Below, one piece after another: positions 25,884 to 38,261 of a stretch of 64,000 nucleotides of DNA. The first letter of the stretch is position 1. Every line of letters begins with the position of its first letter. The notes under the pieces were generated by a model, which worked only from the letters and a program-made list of their open reading frames with translations, had not been told where the DNA came from and did not search any database. The DNA lies in assembly GCA_950097015.1 (NCBI GenBank), contig CATNEN010000003.1, positions 2,852,001 to 2,916,000 of the forward strand, given 5' to 3'. Both the position numbers and the translations under genes were made by a program. This DNA comes from Macrostomum hystrix. Taxonomy: Eukaryota > Animalia > Platyhelminthes.

Positions 25884-27639
25884 ATGCTGCATCTAAGCAG
25901 ATTGCTGCTGCTTGGAGTCTGCTTTGGTTTTCTCCTAGTGACAGTAAACGCGAACTTCAGTAAGTTGTCACACTGCATGGCTCTGCTAACTACCTAGCGG
26001 ATTTTTGCTTCAACAACACAAATCTGCAGCCTCAATAAAACTGTTTTAATTCATTCTGAATAGTCAATTTGTCAAGTGACTACAAAATCTTGCTGCCAAG
26101 GATGCCCTCCGTAAAGAGGCTAACCCTTAAGTCAACTTTGCTTGATAATATTTTGAATGGTATCGCTGGCATCTTTTTTGTTATTAGTTGGCGCTTCGGT
26201 TAGGGATTGTATAGCAATGTATTTATATTAAGGATTTACTTTAATTAGAACGCATATCATTTAATCAGTAGCATGTACTGTGCAGCTTGACTCTGTGCTA
26301 AAACAGAATATTGACAGGCAGATACCGTCGCTCAGTAATGTCTCGTTTCGTTGAACCAGGCAGAACGCTCTTGACTCACATACTGAGCTTTGAAATCAAT
26401 GGTTGCATTGAAATGCGATGTTTTTCTACGATTTTCCGACCCAGAAGTGAGACGAATCGGCTGCTTCGTGGACAAGGGTGACGCCAGAGACCTTCCATTG
26501 ATCCATAAGAGCGACAAGATGACACAGGAGTACTGCATTAACCGTTGTCGCTCAATGGGGTACAAAGTACGCCTCCCTGCAGGCTAGCAACTGGTGCCAC
26601 TGCGGCAACACGTACGGCATTCACGGCAGAGCTTGAGACTCCGAGTGCAACAGGCACTGCATTGGAAACAATTACTGTAGAGCTGTTCAAATTTGTGAAC
26701 TAATGGAGAACATAGTGAGTCTTACGTGAATCGCAACGCCGCCGTCTACAGACGGCCTCAGACTGGGCTGCTTTAGCGACAGCTGGGCAGCTCCAGAGAC
26801 TTGACTGCTGAGTGCCACCTAAGATGATCGCTTCTTTTTGGTAGACCCCTCTGAGTGCAACTCAACCTGTGAACTAAATGCTTTGAGATCTCAATTAGTA
26901 AGAATTTTACGAAAAAAGCTTATACAACACATTTCCTTGTTCCAACAGGCGGCGCCAGCCCTAGTCGTCCTGGAAGGCTACCTGAAAAGAAACCCGGAAA
27001 GCTACCTGAAAGGATACCTCCACGAGAGACCTCGCAATAGACCTGGAAGGCGACCTCACGACCGATCCTTGAAGCCGTATGACAGGCCTGGTGGGTGCAA
27101 GTATTTTTATTTACTTTAGAACACACTTCAGCTACCTTATGAAATCTCTTGCTAAAGCTTTCGACGTTGTGAAGTTTCGACCTTATGAAGTTTCGACCTA
27201 GTGAAGGTAGCTGTTTTTTTAGTTTTCGACGTTGTGAAGTTTCGAGCTTATGAAATTTCGAGCTTATGCAGTCCCTTGCTTGAGTTTTCGACCTTATGAA
27301 GTTTCGATCTAATGAATTTTCGACCTAGTGAAGGTAGCTGCTATTTTAGTTTTCGATGTTGTGAAATTTCGACCTTGTGAACTTTCGACCTTGTGAAGAA
27401 AGGTGCTTTCGACGTTGTGAAATTTTGAGTTTGTGAAACCCCCTACGCTTGTCATGCTCTCTCTCTGCTAACCTGCCAAGCTTCTTTGCTGTTACAATTC
27501 TTAAAGGTACATTAAAAAGTATACTGCAGCTCGTGATAGGTAATTTTACTCCGATTTACCCGTTGCAGAGCATAAGGCCAATAAGATCATTGACGTCACT
27601 GAAGATTCATCATTTAAGGAGGCAGCAAAACTGTTTTAA
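25884..27639 (+). pseudogene. Disrupted secreted WSC-domain protein gene, paralogous in its 3' modules to the LCCL gene
   Basis: Exon 25884-25959: MLHLSRLLLLGVCFGFLLVTVNANF, donor A|GTAAGT, phase 1. Exon from 26445: IGCFVDKGDARDLP..MTQEYCINRCRSMGYK, +1 frameshift near 26565, YASLQASNWCHCGNTYG, TGA at 26634-26636, then DSECNRHCIGN (WSC). Second degraded WSC LGCFSDS..RDL near 26760-26870. Pro/Arg/Gly exon 26949-27090 with a +1 frameshift. Terminal exon 27569-27639 EHKANKIIDVTEDSSFKEAAKLF*. Confidence 0.85.
27150..27440. repeat. Degenerate ~16-bp repeat (tttcgaccttgtgaag) in the last intron of the WSC pseudogene
   Basis: Repeated tttcgac(c/g)tt(a/g)tgaa motif. Confidence 0.75.
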
Positions 27640-27940
27640 GCATCATAGCAAATTATAATTCGACTCGTGGACAAATAAATTGGTGTTGGGATCAAGACTG
27701 CGAATACGCTATTAAAATTAACAAATCACGAGGTTGAAATTGCAAAGGAAAAAGTTTCCAAAAAATATATAAGATTTGGATTATCGATAGAAAGTTTCCT
27801 CAAAGTTATTCAGTTTGTTCCTTCTTTTCATCTATTATAATTTCACAATTAGTTTTCTGTGTTTTATCGTATTGTTCTACGGTTATGTTTAAGCCAAACT
27901 CGTAATTTGACCTTGAAAATGAGCTAAGATCCTGAGAAGA

Positions 27941-28348
27941 CAGTGGCGCAACCAGGGGGGAGGCGGGGGGGCGGCCCTTCGGCCCGCGGGCAATGTACGC
28001 AAAGGGCAAGCCAAGACGCTTCTTAATTTATTACCTTATCTCATTCCCTGTCCCCCAAGTCCAACGTACATAGACCAAAGACCAAGTCCAAGACCATTGG
28101 TCATGCATATATTAATTTTCAAGCTTTCATTATAATCGTGCGTGCGTTCGGATTTTTTAAACCTTTTAAATCGTCTAATCCCTACCCTACTGGCCCTTGA
28201 AATTGGCCCAGGAATGGTGGGCGAAAACCGCGAAACAGAGCGCGCTCCACCTGGCGGTCGCCCCCCCTTCGACCCGCGGGGCAATGTACGCAAAGGGCAA
28301 TGTACGCAAAGACCGCCCCCCCTAAGGCAAAACCTGGTTGCGCCACTG
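27941..28348. mobile_element. hAT-like MITE (~408 bp)
   Basis: 16-bp TIRs CAGTGGCGCAACCAGG / CCTGGTTGCGCCACTG. Flanks cctga(ga)aga / cctgaaga fit a mutated 8-bp TSD. Internal direct repeat gggcaatgtacgcaaag. Confidence 0.78.
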
Positions 28349-29185
28349 CCTGAAGAAACACATAATTAAATATTTACTTTAATCGGCTCATACATATTTG
28401 ACGTTGCAAGACAACCGCGCAATAATATATTTACACGGTTTATAATTGAAGTTCATAAATGCACTTACAGCTACCTATAAATTGTTAGAATGTTAATTAG
28501 TAATATTTAAAAATATTTATAGTGACAATTCAGGCATAAAGTACAATTTTTTTCTGTACATAGTAATGTGGTATATGCATGTAAACGGTCTTGTTGACCG
28601 ATTATTATGCAGCTTTTATCGTGAATTTTTTTTCGGCATATAATAATTCGCACACATAAATGCACTAAATCTGGATGTAGTTGTACATTGAATTGCTACC
28701 CAGGACTGTCTATCATGAGTAAAACAAGCATATTTTGATCAAAGCATGGGGGGAAGCCAAGGTTGCAAACTTTTCGAGGTGCGAATAGTTTTAATTCAAT
28801 TAGCTATTATTAAATTTCTTCTTTACTCAGCATTTATATCTTAGCTGTTTTAGTTTTCGCATTGATTTTCTAGGCACTCATAAAAGTAAATCAGCTGTAT
28901 GATCCGTTGGTCTTTGGTACTTTAGCCATTCTTTATAAATTTAGTGTAGTATATAATATATACAAGTTTGCTAATTTAGCCTATTTATATTTATTTGCGC
29001 GTAAAAAGATATAAAGGTTTGATTTAAACACAGTTTCTAATAGTGATTTTATTAAAAAGACGAAAAACGTAGCTTTATTTAAGTTCACAATTGGTAACGC
29101 TTTTTTCTTACATTGAACTTTGTTTATTTGCATAAACGAAGCACTAGTTTTATATACAAATACTCGCACAATTTTAACTTCATTC

Positions 29186-29199
29186 GTTACCTAGGATAC
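29186..29199 (+). promoter_or_regulatory. RFX X-box GTTACCTAGGATAC; forkhead-like TGTTTAT at 29121
   Basis: Resembles the imperfect-palindrome X-box of ciliary genes and sits 27 nt before the ATG of an axonemal gene. Confidence 0.7.
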
Positions 29200-29225
29200 C
29201 ATCCGAAAAACTTGTAAAGTCGCGA

Positions 29226-32200
29226 ATGGCTATGGCTACAACAATGGAGAGAGATCTTGGCATGACTGCCAAAAGAATGCCAACGAATGATAGTTTCCAG
29301 ACGAGTACTGGTGTAGGGCATCATTGGCGACCTGGATACTACTTTCCTGATTCTACTTTTACAGTAAGAAAAACAGTTTGAATCTCAATGATCCAAGTGG
29401 GGGCAGTGACCAAGGTTACTTATATCGTAATATATACCGTATATACAGGCGGTTTTTTGTCAATAATCTTAGTCACAATAGCAAACTATTTTCGGCCTTA
29501 TAAGTTTCGTAATTTATTACAAAAGTTAAGATCAGATCCTAAGCAAAAAAATATTTTCGTGCAATAAAATTCATGTAAAAATACAAATACATTTATTAAC
29601 TGTTGCCTCCTTAAAATCATGTCAATAAAATTTTGTTTAAAACTGTTTACCACAAAGAATTAATATACACTGAATGTGAATATTTATAGATAGATCATAT
29701 AGTGCCTGAAAAAACTAGATTTACTTATGATATCTCATTGCATTCCATTAGTTTATATTTACTGCATATATTTATATAAGGTCCAGCAACCATGCTTCTA
29801 GTAGGAATATATAATATCGATCTCATGGTCATTGTATTAACTTACATGTTTTGTAAGATTGAAAAGATAGACAGTAAAATAACAGTCTTAAAGACACAAA
29901 ACCAGAAAAAACTCGTAATTTTAATGTATGATTAGAACAAATTTCTATTTTAATGTATTGATTCCTTAAATATTTTTGTGCAATTGCAAAATACACGCAA
30001 GATTTTTTTAGGTCTTATATAAATTAGTATAAACTACCATTGATATCATTTGGCACTCTAAATCCAATTAATTACAAATTAATTTCAATACTTATAATCT
30101 TATATAATCCCATGCATTCTCACCGACTCATTAGGCGGCTTCCGCTCAGCCTCTGCCCGAAGATCTAGCCAGACCGTCGCGCGTGAAGCCGACTGAAATC
30201 TATGCCACCACGACTGGCAGCGTGCACGATCCAAAGTGGCCAACAGCTCCATTGAACCGTGACATCGAGTTCAAAAGAGCTCCAGCGCTATACAATGTGC
30301 ACTATCTGAAGGATCATAAGGAAAAGGTGCGAGGTTTCTATTTTTTTTACTCTGCATTTTGACTCTGCTCAACCAGACGTGACCTATGCTTGATCAAACC
30401 CACCTGTGCTCAACCAAACCCACCTGTGCTCAACCAAACCCACCTGTGCTCAACCAGACGACACCTATGCTCAACCAAACCCACCTGTGCTCAACCAAAC
30501 CCACCTGTGCTCAACCAAACCCACCTGTGCTCAACCAAACCCACCTGTGCTCAACCAGACGTCACCTATGCTCAACCAAACCCACCTGTGCTCAACCAGA
30601 CGTCACCTATGCTCAACCAAACCCAACCTATGCTCAAGCAAACCCAACCTATGCTCAACCATCCGACCCCGTCCTCCGTGACATTCGCAGTTAGGCCACG
30701 GTGGCTGGCGTCGACCCCTCAGTCCGAGCCATCAGCTGACTGAGACTCAGGAGGAGTTTCGAAAACGGCCGCCGCTGACCGAGCCCAACACCTGGGGCAG
30801 CAAGCCGCAGCCGTTTCTGCTCAGGTACTACTCAAAATGGTTATCGATTTAATACCCTACCTTCAATTTGGTCATTAAGCCATTGATTAAAAATAAACTA
30901 ATCACTACGCTCACAGGGATCATCACGGAGACGGATCAACCAAACTAGGAGTGGCCTCCACTCAGAATCCCAAGCTGAAAGGTCGCCCGTTGTTTCCCAA
31001 GGACAAGGAGGTTTTGCGAGGCCTGGACATGTACCTGACTACTAACGATAGAGTGCATCGCCGCTTCGATCCCAAGGAGCTGTCTGGCTATCCAAAGAAG
31101 GACATTGCCACCTACTGGGACTGCGAAGAGTACCCGAAGGCCTGGGGACACGGACCGCATGAGAAGTGAGCTGGGCCTGATGAGACACGGGAGAGATAAT
31201 ATGGGAGAGATGAGACACTGGAGAGATGAGACACTGGAGAAATGAGACACTGGAGAGATGAGACACTGGAGAGATGAGACACTGGAGAGATAAGAAACGT
31301 CAGAGATGAGACACTGGAGAAATGAGACACGGCAGAGAAGCGACACGGCAGAGAAGCGACACTGGAGAGATGAGACACGGGAGAGATAAGAATCGTCAGA
31401 GATGAGACAAATGAAGACAAGTGAGAGATGAGACACGGGAGAGATGAGACACGGGAGAGATGAGATACGGGAGAGATGAGACAGGGGAGAGATGAGACAA
31501 GTGAGAGATGAGACAGGGGAGAGATGAGACAGGGGAGAGATGAGACAGGGGAGAGATGAGACATGGCAGAGATGAGACACGGGAGAGATGAGACATGGAG
31601 CCATCCATATAGCCATCTCAGATGCACCTCAGCTGGAGAGATCAGACAGGGAAGAATATGAGTAATTGAACTACTATGAGTAGCAAACTGTATATCATAT
31701 ATTACTATTTTGTACTTTACCTTCCAAACTCCATCGGCAGCCTTCTGCCGAAGCACGCCGTGCCGCGCGATCGTCTGCCAATGCGTGACGAGCTGCGCTT
31801 CAAATCCGCCACAATGGTCCGCCGGGTGCCGCAGTCCCTGCCTCCGCCAGTTCACACGGGTTTGAAGACGCTGTATTCCGACTCCTACACGAGACCGTCC
31901 GATGTCCGGGTCAAGGATGCCCGCGAGTGCCCGGTGGACACGCCATGGACTCTACCGGGTAAGGATTGCAAGCAGAGGATCTTTTGTTGCTAACTTGCGG
32001 ATTGCTTGTGGAACATTGCTTGTGGAACATTGCTTGTGGAACATTGCTTGTGGAACATTGCTTGTGAAAGATTGCTTGTGAAAGATTGCTTGTGAAAGAT
32101 TGCTTGTGGAACATTGCTTGTGGAACATTGCTTGTGGAACATTGCTTGTGGAACATTGCTTGTGGAATATTTCATGTGGAAGATATCCTGCTTACGAAAC

Positions 32201-32769
32201 ATTGCTTCAGGAACATTGCTTCTGGAATATTGTTTGTGGAACATTGCTTGTAGAACATTGCTTCTGGAATATTGTTTGTGGAATATTGCTTGTGGAACAT
32301 TGCTTGTGGAACATTGCTTGTGGAACATTGCTTGTGGAACATTGCTTGTGGAACATTGCTTGTGGAACATTGCTTGTGGAATATTGCTTGTGGAAGATAT
32401 CTTGCTTACGAAACATTGCTTCAGGAACATTGCTTCTGGAATATTGTTTGTGTAACATTGTTTGTGGAACATTGCTTGTGGAACATTGTGGAACATTGCT
32501 TGTGGAACATTGCTTGTGGAATATTGCTTGTGGAAGATATCCTGCTTACGAAACATTGCTTCTGGAATATTGTTTGTGTAACATTGCTTGTGGAACATTG
32601 CTTGTGGAACATTGCTTGTGGAAGATTTCTAGTGGAGCATTGCTTGTGGCTAATCATTTCTTGCCTCGTGCCTTCCGCAGCTCCTGGAGCCCGCAGCGCG
32701 CTGGCTGCGCCTCAGATGTACAAGACCGAGTACCAGAACGTTGGCAGCAAGAAGACCATCTCTGTTTGA
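29226..32769 (+). CDS. SAXO3: SAXO3-like stabilizer of axonemal microtubules, 339 aa. Exons 29226-29363, 30135-30326, 30691-30824, 30917-31165, 31741-31958, 32681-32769
   Basis: All introns are GT-AG with matching phases (0,0,2,2,1); total 1020 nt with no internal stop. Motifs TSTGVGHH, KDHKEKLGHGGWRRPL, NPKLKGRP, YLTT..ELSGYPKKDIATYW..EEYPKAWGHGP, CPVDTPW and MYKTEYQNVGS are collinear with vertebrate SAXO3 as I recall it (not searched). Confidence 0.82.
30365..30660. repeat. 20-bp minisatellite (ctcaaccaaacccacctgtg), SAXO3 intron 2
   Basis: Direct tandem copies. Confidence 0.9.
31178..31600. repeat. 16-bp minisatellite (gagagatgagacacgg), SAXO3 intron 4
   Basis: Tandem copies; reverse complement resembles the 16-mer inside the MITE at 24538-24860. 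Confidence 0.9.
32000..32650. repeat. 15-bp minisatellite (ttgcttgtggaacat), SAXO3 intron 5
   Basis: Tandem copies; explains the ORFs at 31911-32769 other than the true exons. Confidence 0.9.
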
Positions 32770-34004
32770 AAGGTCTAGGAAAAAAACGCAAAGCAACAAA
32801 GCTGTCAATTAACTGCATGGAATATATTACGTTCTTTTTTGCTCTACATTCCTTAAATATGCTTTGCTGTGAAAAAAGAAAAAATCTGTTTAAGTAACAA
32901 TGTGCCCTTTTTGCACTTTTTCCTTTTGTCAACCTTAAAAAATCCTTTCTGTGTGTAATTCATTTTATATCCCTTTAATTTATATAAAAAATTAAAAAAA
33001 AACGTCACGCGTCTACTCACCAGTAATATTATGCGACTTTTTCAGATCTACGAGTACTTATTTCATGGAAAATAAATCCAGCCTTCAAAACTTTCAAACG
33101 TGAAAATTTTGAAAAAATTATGGTTAATAAAACTGGTAATTATCTATCTATTAAATGGATATATTAGAAGGTTTAGTTTTTCACAACCCGTACTATGCGT
33201 CTTAAGCTTGTAGTTTTTTACGTACATTGTTACCTTTTTTGCTGAGCGTCAAATGTGCGAGGCGGAAGACAGTCAGTGTAGCAAACAAAGTAACCACAGT
33301 CGGTCACTTCGTGTCTTTCGAGTCATTCTCTCGAGTTACCATAATCGAGTTACCTACAGAAAAAAGAAAAAAATTGGGTATTTGAAAAACCTCCATTATC
33401 AATATCTACTGTAGCTTTACAATTATTTATCTAAACAGCTGTACACTGTCTATACTACTTATGCTACTAGTTAGTTCAGTAGTCAGTGACAGATCCAATT
33501 AAAAGCAGGGTTCTACTTTGGCTGCAATCCGATTGGCTGAATACAGTTTGACCAATCTGGAATGTTTTAGAAAATCTTCAAAATACTGAACGACTGGAAC
33601 GAACGAACGACTGATTTTCTTCAATATCGCATCACGGATATCACAGTCTGGCCTTTTCAACGCACTACTGGAGACCACAGGAAGCATTCTGCCTATAGCA
33701 CCAAGACTATTGGTTTGAAGCAGCACTTCATGGTGAGTTTCAACTCTAGTGATTCAGGAAGTGAAGCTTTCACATTTCTGAATGAAGTTTTCACACCTAG
33801 AGGACTTAAAGGGCTTCTCTATTTTTCATCTTTGGTCAAAAAAACTTCCCTTCACGATGGCATTTTCAGAATGGTCTTTTATCAAAACTTATTATTAAAT
33901 TCTCACACTCACTATTCCCTTCATCAACTGAGCGACCCCCTCTACATTCACTGCTCAACTTCTATTCATTACCCATTCATTCATTTCTCTCCGTCTAGAT
34001 CTAT

Positions 34005-34440
34005 CTCTATCCAAATATCTCTCCAAGATTATAATCACTACCCATATCTCTATCCAATACTACAATCTCTATCCAATACTACAATCTCTATCCAATACTA
34101 CAATCTCTATCCAAGACTATGATCTCTATCCAATACTACAATCTCTATCCAATACTACAATCTCTATCCAATACTACAATCTCTATCCAATACTACAATC
34201 TCTATCCAAGACTATGATCTCTATCCAATACTACAATCTCTATCCAATACTACAATCTCTATCCAATACTACAATCTCTATCCAAGACTATGATCTCTAT
34301 CCAATACTACAATCTCTATCCAAGACTATGATCTCAATCCAAGACTACAATATCCAAGACTACAATCTCTATCCAAGACTATGATCTCTATCCAATACTA
34401 TGATCTCTATCCAATACTATGATCTCTATCCACATCTCTA
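34005..34440. repeat. 19-bp minisatellite (tctctatccaatactacaa)
   Basis: Tandem copies. Confidence 0.9.
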
Positions 34441-35091
34441 TCATAACTTTTTTGTTCGTCACCTATTCAACCCTCTGTTTATCGATTCATTCTCACCCTC
34501 TATCACCAGGCTCAATTGCGTTCCCAGATCTATCACTCAGCTCCCTATCAATTTAATCAGTTGTCACATTAGAATTAGTACCGTAGCGGAAGTTGCAACG
34601 AAACCAAATAACAGGCTAGCCTGGCCTTTGAATTGCGATGTTAATTATTGTATAAGCCTTTTCAGTAGCTAAAATACAAGCATACATTGACACGCTTTGT
34701 GACCCACCGTCTGCGTGTGTCTGTCGCCAGGAGAATAAAATAGAATAGGATCAGTCAGCTTAGGGATATTTTTTTTCATTTTTCTGAGATCAAAAGCGGT
34801 ATAGAGGTTTTACACGTTTCATTTGTACTCAAACACGGCACCTGATCAGGGTAAAATGATTGATAGTTTGCATCAGCTGGAAGTAAGCTTGGTATTGCTT
34901 TAGTTAGTTAGAGCACAAAAAGGCCAATATCAGTAATGAGTTGTTGTTCTTACTTTCTGCAGAGGATTCTAATTCTTTTAAAATATCCAGGAAGGCTTCA
35001 CGTGTAAATTTAATTAGGCATTGTTGATATTACTAACCAGCGTCACATGAGACTTACTCAACTGATCTGGCACAATGCCTGTTCTCTCAAA

Positions 35092-35408
35092 ACATCTCAT
35101 CTCTCCCACTCTACCACATCTGATCTATCCCATGCACTCTCCCACATCTGATCCATCCCATGCACTCTCCCACATCTGATCTATCCCATGCACTCTCCCA
35201 CATCTGATCTATCCCATGCACTCTCCCACATCTGATCTATCCCATGCACTCTCCCACATCTCATCTCTCCCACTCTCCCACATCTCATCTCTCCCACTCT
35301 CCCCCACATCTCATCTCTCCCACTCTCCCACATCTCATCTCTCCCACTCTCCCACATCTCCCACATCCCACTCTCCCACATCTCATCTCTCCCACTCTCC
35401 CCACATCT
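35092..35408. repeat. Compound ~24-28-bp minisatellite (ctctcccacatct...)
   Basis: Tandem copies. Confidence 0.85.
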
Positions 35409-36167
35409 TATGTCGATTCCTTAGTGTCGCATCCCGAGTCCTGTGTCAATTGGTACCATATCGAACTGCAGAATCCAATATTAATAGAGAAAAAACGGTA
35501 CATTTTCCGAGTGACATGTTCATGATTAGCCTGATAGAGATCGCGCGGGTTTTGCTAGCCATTTAGCTCGCTCCTCTACGCACAATGTTTGCACACAGGC
35601 ACTCACTCACTCACTCACTATAGACATGCGTCAATCAGCTAACACGCATCTAGCCTTAGGGCTAGCCAGTGTAGACTGCGCCCATATATCTAGTTGCTAG
35701 GCGCCAAAGCTTCTCTGTCTGGCTGAATCTGGGCAGTCACACTAGCGGGGCTTTAGCTTATTATATTACGTAATCCAATACTAATTCACAACCGACGCTT
35801 CTTTTATTACAAACATCAAACTATTCAGACAGAAATAGCCAGACAGGAGAAGACAAAAGAGAGGAAATTAGACACCTTATTTACTGGCAAAACTTCGCTG
35901 GTTTTGTCTGTACTAAGACAAGAGAGCGTAAGAAAACAGATTGCTCCAAAGCTTTGGCTGTTTCAGATGGATAACTGCGAAATTTCTTGTGTCACTCATC
36001 TCTCCCTCTCGCTCTTTTGTTCCCGGCGGCAGCACACGGCTTCCAGTTGGAATGGAATGTGTGAATGCCGATACCCCAAAACCAACTATTGGCAAGCTGC
36101 CTGCAGATTTTGCATCGCAACTGGGCGATCGAGTCTTAGAGAAACTGACTAACAGTCACATCAGTGC

Positions 36168-36977
36168 GCCTGTCCTCTCTCCCCACTGTGCTCTCTCCCC
36201 TCTGTCCTCTCTACCCTCTGTCCTCTCTCCCCACTGTCCTCTCCCCCTCTGTCCTCTCCCCCTCTGTCCTCTCCCCCTCTGTCCTCTCCCCCTCTGTCCT
36301 CTCCCCCTCTGTCCTCTCCCCCTCTGTCCTCTCCCCCACTGTCCTCTCCCCTCTGTCCTCTCTCCCCTCTGTCCTCTCTACCCTCTGTCCTCTCTCCCCA
36401 CTGTCCTCTCCCCCTCTGTCCTCTCCCCCTCTGTCCTCTCCCCCTCTGTCCTCTCCCCCACTGTCCTCTCCCCTCTGTCCTCTCTCCCCACTGTCCTCTC
36501 CCCCTCTGTCCTCTCCCCCTCTGTCCTCTCCCCCTCTGTCCTCTCCCCCTCTGTCCTCTCCCCCTCTGTCCTCTCCCCCTCTGTCCTCTCTCCCCACTGT
36601 CCTCTCTCCCCACTGTCCTCTCCCCCTCTGTCCTCTCCCCTCTGTCCTCTCCCCCTCTGTCCTCTCTCCCCTCTGTCTTCTCTCCCCTCTGTCCTCTCTC
36701 CCCTCTGTCCTCTCTCCCCTCTGTCCTCTCCCCTCTGTCCTCTCCACCTCTGTCCTCTCTCCCCTCTGTCCTCTCTCCCCTCTGTCCTCTCTCCCCTCTG
36801 TCCTCTCTCCCCTCTGTCCTCTCTCTCCTCTGTTCTCTCCTCTCTGTCCTCTCTCCCCTCTGTCCTCTCTCCCCTCTGTCCTCTCTCCCCTCTGTCCTCT
36901 CTCCCCTCTGTCCTCTCTCCCCTCTGTCCTCTCTCTCCTCTGTCCTCTCTCCCCTCTGTCCTCTCTCTCCTCTGTCT
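36168..36977. repeat. CT-rich 15-17-bp minisatellite (ctctgtcctctcccc)
   Basis: Tandem copies. Confidence 0.9.
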
Positions 36978-37933
36978 TATTGATATCCCCTGTATACGAG
37001 CCGTATATTTTCTATCTCTCTAGCTCTCCTCGCTAATATATATCCCAAACGGGTTGTTTAACTGAGCGTTAGAAAACAAGTTTCATAGCGTAAATTGCTG
37101 GAAAAAAACTAGTAAATGAGGCACGGTGAGTCACGGCATAAAAATCCTCAAAAGTTAATTAATTATCAACAGGCCAGCTGTACGACTGTGTCACCAGTTC
37201 TAACAACTCACGAAAGGACCTAACTAGCTGCTCATTTAAACTGCTCATTTAAACTAGCTGCTCATATTAAAACAGCGCTCACTTCAAGGACGTGTGAATT
37301 TGAAAAATGTCCAGGACTGCAGCCGCAAAGTGGAATGCGAGCAGTTAATCATATTTTTGAAGCAGTGTGGTGTGGTGCGGTGTGGGCAATAGGAGGCAAT
37401 GGGAGCAATCAAAAAAGCAAAAATTCATATCGATTTCCATAGTAAATATAAGTTTACGAGCACCATTTTGAGTCCTAGTATTTCCACTCTCTTTCTCTCA
37501 GAAGCAACGAGACATTGAGTAAAACTGCTCAGTCAAAGCTTTTAACTTGCACGTGGAACCGTTTTTTTATATCCCTGGTCTCATAGTGCTCAAGTTCAGA
37601 CTAGAGAGAGAGACCAAAGCACACACACTCACACACGGAACAAGTGAGTCAACAGGGTTGAGTAGGAATAGCAAAGGTTTTAGCTATTTTTATTGCGCTT
37701 TTAACAAAAAATGCAGTTTTAAGTGGTACAGGTCTCATGCTCAGCTTTACTGAGTAAATTGCATGCGATGAGCTGCTCCTGAAACTTAATTGAGCTGGTA
37801 ATTAACATTATTTGGCAATCTATCATTATTGTGTCTGTGGGCATGACAAATCATTTTTGGCAGTCAGCAAGGAAATAATTTTTTCCAAAGTTGGTAGGGA
37901 TCTACAAAACCAGTTAGTACCTCCAAGAATGTT

Positions 37934-38234
37934 GGGGTCAGTGGCAGAACGGTCTAACGCGTTCGCCTCTCGCACCGAGGTCCCTGAGCTCGATTCCGCA
38001 GCGAGGCCACATTCATTTGGAGCGAAGCCGCGGAGAGAAGGCTTGGAGGCTTGTCGTGTAATTTACGCCCTCGAGGGCCAACCTCCAAGGCACAGTGAGA
38101 GTGTACACTGCCTGACGATGCGAAAGTCAGGACAGATGTACACACCTGTGTGAGCGTGTGTGCTCAGGAATCAGCGAAATGGGCAGAACTGGCTCCTCGC
38201 TGGCTGTGGGTCTAGTGTCACCAAATGATGTGCC
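37934..38234 (+). mobile_element. tRNA-derived SINE family A, copy 1 (3' tail missing)
   Basis: A box TGGCAGAACGG and B-box-like GAGCTCGATTCC; homologous to three minus-strand copies in this window. Confidence 0.82.
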
Positions 38235-38261
38235 AGATGTGCAGCCAGATGTGCAGCCGGC

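Noticed and set aside
35904-37036. 290-360-aa Pro/Leu/Ser-rich ORFs
   Set aside because: Produced by the CT-rich minisatellite; no domain or exon structure.
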